Shown: positions 27,622-33,203 of the stretch, one piece after another
Layout: every line of letters starts with the position of its first letter
How positions within the stretch are numbered: position 1 is the first letter of the stretch
From: an uncultured virus (IMG/VR IMGVR_UViG_2049941000_000079)
Lineage: Duplodnaviria; Heunggongvirae; Uroviricota; Caudoviricetes
Direction: 5' to 3' (one strand)
Length of the DNA stretch: 33,203 nt
IMG/VR virus record: IMGVR_UViG_2049941000_000079
Made by a program: the position numbers and the translations under genes
Notes under the pieces: model-generated
Databases searched by the model: none
What the model was told of the DNA's origin: nothing
The model's input: the letters and a program-made list of their open reading frames with translations, nothing else

Positions 27622-27644
27622 GCACTCTTTCGGGAGTGCTTTTT
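27622..27644 (+). terminator. Intrinsic terminator
   Basis: gcactct-TTCG-ggagtgc followed by T5. Confidence 0.8.
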
Positions 27645-27679
27645 ATTGAAAAGTAAGTAAGATGTAGGTGGGCAAATAA

Positions 27680-27934
27680 ATGACAGAAATCGCAGTATCA
27701 ATCATAACCGGGGTTTTAACCCTTATAGGGGTAATCATTACAAACAGCGAGAGCAATCGGAAGATCGAGCATAAACTTGAAGTGAGTCAAGCGATCACAG
27801 ATACAAAGCTCGAAAATCTGACACAGGAAGTTCGCAGACAGACTGATTTTGCACTTAAAATCCCGGTACTTGAACAGAAGATCATTAACTGTGAGTCAGA
27901 CATTAAGGAATTGAAAGAGGCAAGGAATGGATAA
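27680..27934 (+). CDS. TM + coiled-coil protein (holin/XhlA-like)
   Basis: N-terminal TM IITGVLTLIGVIIT, then a coiled coil. Confidence 0.65.
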   Translation: MTEIAVSIITGVLTLIGVIITNSESNRKIEHKLEVSQAITDTKLENLTQEVRRQTDFALKIPVLEQKIINCESDIKELKEARNG

Positions 27935-28175
27935 GGTGGTTGATTATCTCGTATACGAGCAAAGTCAGGTAAGATCAGACAGGACGAACCGTAGGCTATG
28001 GATTCTGTGTATCATTCTGATAGTTTCTCTTTTGGGAACTAACGCAGGGTGGTTATATTACGAGAATCAGTTTACGGATATAAGCACTACTATACAGGCG
28101 GAACAGGATGGTGCAGGAACAAATATTATAAGCGGGGGTGATTATTATGGGACAGAGAGTGAAGATAACAACTAA
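27927..28175 (+). CDS. Single-pass membrane protein
   Basis: RTNRRLWILCIILIVSLLGTNAGWLYYE. Confidence 0.75.
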   Translation: MDKVVDYLVYEQSQVRSDRTNRRLWILCIILIVSLLGTNAGWLYYENQFTDISTTIQAEQDGAGTNIISGGDYYGTESEDNN

Positions 28176-28275
28176 AATGAGAGTCAATAAGATGCACGTT
28201 GGGATGCACCCGTGTCCTGAATGTCATGGTAGTGGAATGAAGAAAAATGTAGGACGTGGAGCAAAGAAGGGTTAA
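28147..28275 (+). CDS. 42-aa basic protein with a CxxCxGxG motif (not in ORF track)
   Basis: SD GGGGGTG; MGQRVKITTKMRVNKMHVGMHPCPECHGSGMKKNVGRGAKKG. Confidence 0.65.
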   Translation: MGQRVKITTKMRVNKMHVGMHPCPECHGSGMKKNVGRGAKKG

Positions 28276-28300
28276 GCAATCTCAATGAGGTTGCTTTTTT
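28274..28300 (+). terminator. Intrinsic terminator-like hairpin
   Basis: aagcaatctc-aat-gaggttgctt followed by a T run. Confidence 0.65.
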
Positions 28301-28305
28301 ATGCT

Positions 28306-28503
28306 ATGAAAGAATATACCAACACGGACATATCCAGAGTGATTGACGAGTACATTCACAATGAACGTGACAGACAAATTCTTAAAAGACGTTATATAGA
28401 CGGACGATACTATGAGCCGTTAGCAGAAGAATTTGATATGTCTGTATCGCAGATAAAGCGGATCATTTATCGAAACGAAAATAAGATATTCAAACACTTG
28501 TGA
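28306..28503 (+). CDS. Stand-alone sigma70 region 4-like HTH protein
   Basis: ERDRQILKRRYIDG..YE.LAEEFDMSVSQIKRII. Confidence 0.8.
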   Translation: MKEYTNTDISRVIDEYIHNERDRQILKRRYIDGRYYEPLAEEFDMSVSQIKRIIYRNENKIFKHL

Positions 28504-28567
28504 ACCAAAAGTGAACCGAAAGAAGTATGCAGAAGACCTCGCAAAAGCGGGGTCTTTTTTTTATGCT
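28500..28567 (+). promoter_or_regulatory. Tandem GTGAACCRAAA repeats, terminator-like hairpin and TATGCT
   Basis: Repeats at 28500 and 28511; stem aagacctcgc/gcggggtctt at 28533-28556; T run. Confidence 0.6.
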
Positions 28568-28582
28568 TAAAAGCAAGGGAGA

Positions 28583-28653
28583 GTGATAAAAATGGATTTG
28601 AAAAAGTTATGCGAAAAAGTATTAGAGAATGAGGAAGTAAAAGATATTCCTCT
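28583..28653 (+). CDS. 5' part of a small hypothetical gene (rest in gap; probably ends at 30556-30576)
   Basis: SD AAGGGAG; MDLKKLCEKVLENEEVKDIP. Confidence 0.5.
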
Positions 28654-29485
28654 NNNNNNNNNNNNNNNNNNNNNNNNNNNNNNNNNNNNNNNNNNNNNNN
28701 NNNNNNNNNNNNNNNNNNNNNNNNNNNNNNNNNNNNNNNNNNNNNNNNNNNNNNNNNNNNNNNNNNNNNNNNNNNNNNNNNNNNNNNNNNNNNNNNNNNN
28801 NNNNNNNNNNNNNNNNNNNNNNNNNNNNNNNNNNNNNNNNNNNNNNNNNNNNNNNNNNNNNNNNNNNNNNNNNNNNNNNNNNNNNNNNNNNNNNNNNNNN
28901 NNNNNNNNNNNNNNNNNNNNNNNNNNNNNNNNNNNNNNNNNNNNNNNNNNNNNNNNNNNNNNNNNNNNNNNNNNNNNNNNNNNNNNNNNNNNNNNNNNNN
29001 NNNNNNNNNNNNNNNNNNNNNNNNNNNNNNNNNNNNNNNNNNNNNNNNNNNNNNNNNNNNNNNNNNNNNNNNNNNNNNNNNNNNNNNNNNNNNNNNNNNN
29101 NNNNNNNNNNNNNNNNNNNNNNNNNNNNNNNNNNNNNNNNNNNNNNNNNNNNNNNNNNNNNNNNNNNNNNNNNNNNNNNNNNNNNNNNNNNNNNNNNNNN
29201 NNNNNNNNNNNNNNNNNNNNNNNNNNNNNNNNNNNNNNNNNNNNNNNNNNNNNNNNNNNNNNNNNNNNNNNNNNNNNNNNNNNNNNNNNNNNNNNNNNNN
29301 NNNNNNNNNNNNNNNNNNNNNNNNNNNNNNNNNNNNNNNNNNNNNNNNNNNNNNNNNNNNNNNNNNNNNNNNNNNNNNNNNNNNNNNNNNNNNNNNNNNN
29401 NNNNNNNNNNNNNNNNNNNNNNNNNNNNNNNNNNNNNNNNNNNNNNNNNNNNNNNNNNNNNNNNNNNNNNNNNNNNNNNNNNNNC

Positions 29486-29668
29486 CCCAACAAGGCGCAG
29501 TTCTTCTCGCAGAAGTTCAACGTAGCATTACCGCAGAACATAAACACCGGGTACGATGCCGTACAGTTTATGCTTAACAAAGGTATGCTCACGCAGGATC
29601 AGGTGAACAATGCTATGAAAATGAGCAATCATCCGTTGTTTCAAAGGTTTATAAATAGGGGGAAATAA
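29486..29668 (+). CDS. 3' part of a small Q/N/M-rich helical protein (5' part probably 31458-31510)
   Basis: PNKAQFFSQKFNVALPQNIN..YDAVQFMLNKGMLTQDQVNNA. Confidence 0.65.
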   Translation, partial: PNKAQFFSQKFNVALPQNINTGYDAVQFMLNKGMLTQDQVNNAMKMSNHPLFQRFINRGK

Positions 29669-29699
29669 CCCTTATTAAACAAAAACCGCTTTAATTTTG

Positions 29700-29767
29700 C
29701 TTAACTCAATCATTTTATCTCATATTTAACTCGGTTTAACTTAATTGTTGAGTTAAGAATGAGTTAA
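29700..29767. repeat. Cluster of TTAACTC/GAGTTAA direct and inverted repeats
   Basis: Copies at 29701, 29726, 29736 (variant), 29750 and 29761; 10-bp perfect inverted pair 29700-29709 / 29748-29757. Confidence 0.65.
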
Positions 29768-29865
29768 TTCAAGTTATTAAGGCAAGTGCGCATAGCCTTG
29801 ATATACGGACGGCACATAACGTGAGTGCCGCCCCTGACCTTATAAAAGTTGAAAGGAGAAAAGAA

Positions 29866-30244
29866 ATGGCTTTAGACAATGGAACAATGTATATGCCTGT
29901 TGCTCCTGCCTACAATGGCGGTGGTTTTGGCGGCATGGGAACTGATGGATGGTGGGTATTACTTCTGCTTCTTTTCGCAGGTGGCGGTTGGGGCATGAAT
30001 GGCTTCGGCGGCGGTATGTGGGGTATGGACGGACTCTACCCGTGGATGAATAACTCACAGAACATCAACAACGGCTTCCGCGATCAGATGCTTAATGACA
30101 ATATCACGTCTATTCGTGATGGAGTACAGGGCATTTCAACACAGCTTTGCAACGGCTTCGCTTCAATAGAGCAGGGCGCAAATGCAAGACAGATGGCAGA
30201 TATGCAACAGATGTTCTCGTTACAGAGCGCATTACAGCAGTGCT
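29866..30244 (+). CDS. Exon 1 of a Gly-rich membrane/coiled-coil protein interrupted by a group I intron
   Basis: SD GAAAGGAG; MALDNG...GWWVLLLLLFAGGGWG...LQQC. Sequence character changes abruptly at the predicted splice site. Confidence 0.8.
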
Positions 30245-30367
30245 TGAAGAAAATCTCTAATAGAGCCAAAGAGATTTTCGGCTTCATAAATTTTGAAACA
30301 GTAGGCACTTTAGCGGCGTAATCCGCTATGGCAATCGGGTGAATTGCTGGAAAACCTACGTCTACGC

Positions 30368-30420
30368 TTTACTTTCGCATTAAAATAATGTATAATTAGA
30401 TAAGAATATGCGGAGGTAAA
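30368..30420 (+). promoter_or_regulatory. Intron-internal promoter inside an RBS-sequestering hairpin
   Basis: TTTACT-17 bp-TATAAT (30368 and 30391); 13-bp stem 30368-30380 / 30408-30420 covers SD GGAGGT. Confidence 0.75.
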
Positions 30421-30424
30421 ATAT

Positions 30425-30545
30425 ATGTACTATGTTTATGAATGGTTTATTATTGAAACGGGAGAGATTATTTATGTAGGCAAGGGAACAAACCTTCGAT
30501 ATAAAGTCAGAAAGCATAATAAATTCTTTAATGAGATGATAAACC
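30425..30545 (+). CDS. GIY-YIG-type homing endonuclease, N-terminal part (not in ORF track)
   Basis: MYYVYEWFIIETGEIIYVGKGTNLRY (YVY...YVG.G...R). Confidence 0.85.
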
Positions 30546-30575
30546 NNNNNNNNNNATAACAGCGGAGTATGACTA

Positions 30576-30962
30576 ATGTTTAGTGAGTTGAATATTAACC
30601 CAGAAAAACGATTAGTGGGCGATTGTGTAATACGCGCAATCGGTGTAGTGACAGACAAGGATTGGGATGATGTGTACCTTGACCTTGCTTTACAGAAGGG
30701 ATTTGTAATGAAGCAAATGCCGTCTGAAAACAACGTATGGGGTTCATACTTACACGATCTTGGATTCAAACGTCACGTCATAGAGGACACTTGCCCTGAT
30801 TGTTATACAGTTAGGGATTTTGTGAGGGATCATCCGCAGGGAAGATATGTTTTAGGTACGGGAACACACGCAATCGGTGTTGTCGATGGTACATACTTTG
30901 ACACTACCGATACGGGTGATGAAGTACCGCAATACTACTTTGAAAAGGAGAACAAGCAATGA
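30576..30962 (+). CDS. Papain-like (C39-like) cysteine peptidase candidate
   Basis: GDCVIRAI (Cys), THAIGVVDG (His), YFDT.D (Asp). Confidence 0.65.
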   Translation: MFSELNINPEKRLVGDCVIRAIGVVTDKDWDDVYLDLALQKGFVMKQMPSENNVWGSYLHDLGFKRHVIEDTCPDCYTVRDFVRDHPQGRYVLGTGTHAIGVVDGTYFDTTDTGDEVPQYYFEKENKQ

Positions 30963-31456
30963 TTACACCTTATCCCATGTATCAGGGTTATCCGCAGTAC
31001 CCGGTACAGATGCCAACACAAAACAACGCATATCCAACGCAAATGAACGTTGCGCCAACACAACAAAACGTTAACGCGAACGTTGGAACACCGCAGATTC
31101 AGGACGGCGGCTTTGTCATTATACCTGATGAAAAGGATGTACTGACATATCCCGTACAGCCGGGGCATTGTGTGAGGTTTAAGGTTGTTGGAAAACCTAT
31201 CTACTTTGAGAAGACTGCAAGTTACTCACAGTTTGAAGACCCGAAGATTGATAGGTACAGACTCGTCAAGGAAGAAGACGAGAACGAACAGCCGAAACCG
31301 GGGATCACAAAAGAAGATTTTGACTCTGTAATGGATGAATTGGATTCTTTAAGATCGGACTTTGACGAGATAAGGGGTGATATCAATGCCCTTAAAGAAA
31401 CAAAGGATCAGTCCGTCAAGAAGACGGCAAGAAGACATACGGATGGAGATGATTGA
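30959..31456 (+). CDS. Hypothetical protein with Y/P/Q-rich N-terminus and C-terminal coiled coil
   Basis: SD AAGGAG; ATGA overlap. Confidence 0.75.
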   Translation: MITPYPMYQGYPQYPVQMPTQNNAYPTQMNVAPTQQNVNANVGTPQIQDGGFVIIPDEKDVLTYPVQPGHCVRFKVVGKPIYFEKTASYSQFEDPKIDRYRLVKEEDENEQPKPGITKEDFDSVMDELDSLRSDFDEIRGDINALKETKDQSVKKTARRHTDGDD

Positions 31457-31457
31457 T

Positions 31458-31510
31458 ATGGCAGGAAACATGAACGATTTTATGAACCTTTGTGATGAAA
31501 TGCTGAAAGC
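31458..31510 (+). CDS. 5' part of a small gene (probably joins 29486-29668)
   Basis: SD GGAG; MAGNMNDFMNLCDEMLK. Confidence 0.6.
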
Positions 31511-31521
31511 NNNNNNNNNNT

Positions 31522-31770
31522 GAGAATGAAGAGGACGCTTTTGCTTATGAGTATGATCGGGTCAAAGAGTTAAAAGAGCAAGGACAATGTGTCTGCAATA
31601 TTTATAATGGTGGTTCTGGTGGTACAACAGAATGGTGGACGAAAGATTTACGAAAGAGTTATTCAGAACACAATGTTATGAAGTCTGAAAAACAACGTCA
31701 AAGGATGTCTGCCAATAACCCCATGAAGGACAAAAACGTTTCCCGAAAAGTAGGGGAAAAGAAAAGTAGA
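31522..31770 (+). CDS. GIY-YIG endonuclease, continuation (not in ORF track)
   Basis: ENEEDAFAYEYDRVKELKEQGQCVCNIYNGGSGG (catalytic E helix and N...GG), then NUMOD-like RMSANNPMKD. Confidence 0.8.
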
Positions 31771-31803
31771 GNNNNNNNNNNTATATCATGCGTTATTTGA
31801 ACA

Positions 31804-31827
31804 CTATTAGAGCCATTACTAGAGCCA
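31804..31827. repeat. Candidate integrase arm-type sites (attP arm)
   Basis: ctattagagcca/ttactagagcca 12-bp tandem, immediately downstream of the int stop. Confidence 0.5.
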
Positions 31828-31829
31828 AA

Positions 31830-32810
31830 TCATATCTTGTTCAGGGCAATTTTTTTATCCTCAATGGTTATTTTGGTATAGACTTTAGACGTGACATCCG
31901 TACCTTTGTGTCCGACAATAGCCTTAATAATCCTATCATCGACCCCTGCTGAAACCAAAAGGCTTACAGTGGTGTATCTGGTACAATGCAAAGTGTGGTT
32001 GAATCCGTTCTTTTTTCTCCACATGGTAAAATAGTATTTCATGTTGGAATAATCATCGAAATGGGGTAATGGAAGAAGCGACTTTGCCTTATCAGACAAT
32101 GGTACTTCTCTTATCCCGGCTTTAGTCTTTGACTTTCTTACTGTCAAAACCATATTTTCACTTATATCTTCTTCACCGAGATTGCAAAATTCACCTGCAC
32201 GTAACCCGGTATATATCAAAAATAAGACAATTTTAGACATATTATCGCCTAATTGCCATATCTTTTCTATTTCTTCATCTGAAAACCTATCCCTATCAAG
32301 TTTCTTGACCTCAATATTACTTGAAAGATCAATATAATCAAGAATGGCTATACGTTCCGGCTGAACAATGTCGTATCGAATTGCGTGTCCGTATATCTGT
32401 TTCAATGCAGACTTCACCTTCTGTTTTACTTGTGAGGACACTTTAAGTTCATCAAAGTATAGTTGCAAGTCCTTCCTGCTTAATTCTGCAATAGGCTTGT
32501 CGTGTATCGGTGTGAGATGATCCCATGCTATTTCAAGATTGTGTATTGTTTTTGGCTGATGATTCTCAATATAATGTTCCTTAAACTTCAAATAGACCGA
32601 TTCAAGACTATCACGTTCAAGAGAATACGGGGATTTGTTATAGTCCATTAAGGCTGTCATAGCTTCTGCTTTTGTGCGGTAGTAACCGATATAGCGGTAG
32701 ATAGGATAACCGCGCAAGTCAAAACCTACGGTTTTACGTGCAACCCAAGGATGACGGCGGTTGCCTTGCTTCTTATATACGCTACCTTCTCCGTTACCCA
32801 GACGGCTCAT
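31830..32810 (-). CDS. int: Tyrosine integrase
   Basis: NGEGSVYK arm-binding N-terminus; YTGLRAGE (R), KSKT (K), HCTR (HxxR), IVGH, VY (Tyr). Confidence 0.93.
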   Translation of the reverse strand: MSRLGNGEGSVYKKQGNRRHPWVARKTVGFDLRGYPIYRYIGYYRTKAEAMTALMDYNKSPYSLERDSLESVYLKFKEHYIENHQPKTIHNLEIAWDHLTPIHDKPIAELSRKDLQLYFDELKVSSQVKQKVKSALKQIYGHAIRYDIVQPERIAILDYIDLSSNIEVKKLDRDRFSDEEIEKIWQLGDNMSKIVLFLIYTGLRAGEFCNLGEEDISENMVLTVRKSKTKAGIREVPLSDKAKSLLPLPHFDDYSNMKYYFTMWRKKNGFNHTLHCTRYTTVSLLVSAGVDDRIIKAIVGHKGTDVTSKVYTKITIEDKKIALNKI

Positions 32811-32811
32811 T

Positions 32812-33192
32812 TTATCCCACCCCTAATGACTTTGAATCGGTATTTGCCCTTTTTATACCGAGAATTGCGCAAACAGCGTTTTGAGTATCAAGTGAAGAAG
32901 TACGGTAAGCTTTTAGTAAATCCTTCTCAAAAGCCGTCAATCCACGCTCGTTGATTTTGGTAGTCATAGGAACATCAATACCCATTAACCATGTAGGTGA
33001 AACGTCAAGTGCGTTTGCAAGTAAACATAATTTATCTGTTTTAGGTTCTGAATATCCCGACATATATTGACTTATCGTGCTATCTTTTAACCCGGTCTTT
33101 TTACACAAGTCAACGGGTCGCATTTCCATAGCCGCCATAGCAATTTTCAATCTGTCCTTAAAATCCTGAATTTTCCTAATCAATATCAACAC
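32812..33192 (-). CDS. XRE/CI-like HTH repressor
   Basis: DLCKKTGLKDSTISQYMSGYSEPK...LANALDVSPTWLMG; adjacent to int. Confidence 0.88.
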   Translation of the reverse strand: MLILIRKIQDFKDRLKIAMAAMEMRPVDLCKKTGLKDSTISQYMSGYSEPKTDKLCLLANALDVSPTWLMGIDVPMTTKINERGLTAFEKDLLKAYRTSSLDTQNAVCAILGIKRANTDSKSLGVG

Positions 33193-33203
33193 CCCCTTCG
33201 TTT

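Larger units (their letters stand above)
30245..30545 (+). mobile_element. Group I intron, 5' portion (3' core lies in assembly gaps)
   Basis: P1 with U.G at the splice site, P2 hairpin, P3/P4 element AATCGGGTGAATTGCTGGAAA at 30333-30353, internal endonuclease ORF. Confidence 0.85.

Noticed and set aside
28567..29668. 341-aa and 361-aa ORFs
   Set aside because: They consist almost entirely of Ns.
30556..31510. Cargo genes carried inside the group I intron
   Set aside because: Better explained by a misplaced contig whose ends complete ORFs flanking the 28654-29484 gap.

Overview
A gapped scaffold with many N runs, covering about 33 kb of a temperate long-tailed (siphovirus-type) phage. The host is probably a Gram-positive Clostridia/Lachnospiraceae-type bacterium (inferred from strong SD sequences, an LL-H-type holin and a GH73+Amidase_3+SH3b endolysin). 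Gene order on the + strand: putative small terminase, small accessory genes, large terminase, ArpU/RinA-like late regulator, portal, Mu gpF-like head protein, inserted HNH-AP2 endonuclease, scaffold, decoration protein, major capsid, head-tail joining genes, tail tube, tail assembly chaperone with a -1 frameshift, tape measure, Dit, Tal-like protein, fibre cassette 1, holin/endolysin, fibre cassette 2, and a post-lysis accessory module. A tyrosine integrase and an XRE repressor follow on the - strand. Two contigs appear misplaced (1-238 belongs in the gap after 937; 30556-31510 belongs in the 28654-29484 gap). Main observations: (1) fibre genes with matched C-terminal/N-terminal motif pairs, suggesting a modular plug-and-socket fibre chain; (2) a group I intron, missed by the ORF track, in an uncharacterised Gly-rich membrane-protein gene, carrying a GIY-YIG endonuclease with an I-TevI-like promoter/RBS-hairpin control; (3) a duplicated late-promoter motif, each copy followed by a terminator; (4) candidate structured RNAs upstream of the HNH-AP2 and chaperone genes; (5) a palindrome array near the likely packaging site; (6) apparent avoidance of CCAG[CGT]. 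All product calls come from motif recognition and synteny; no database search was run.
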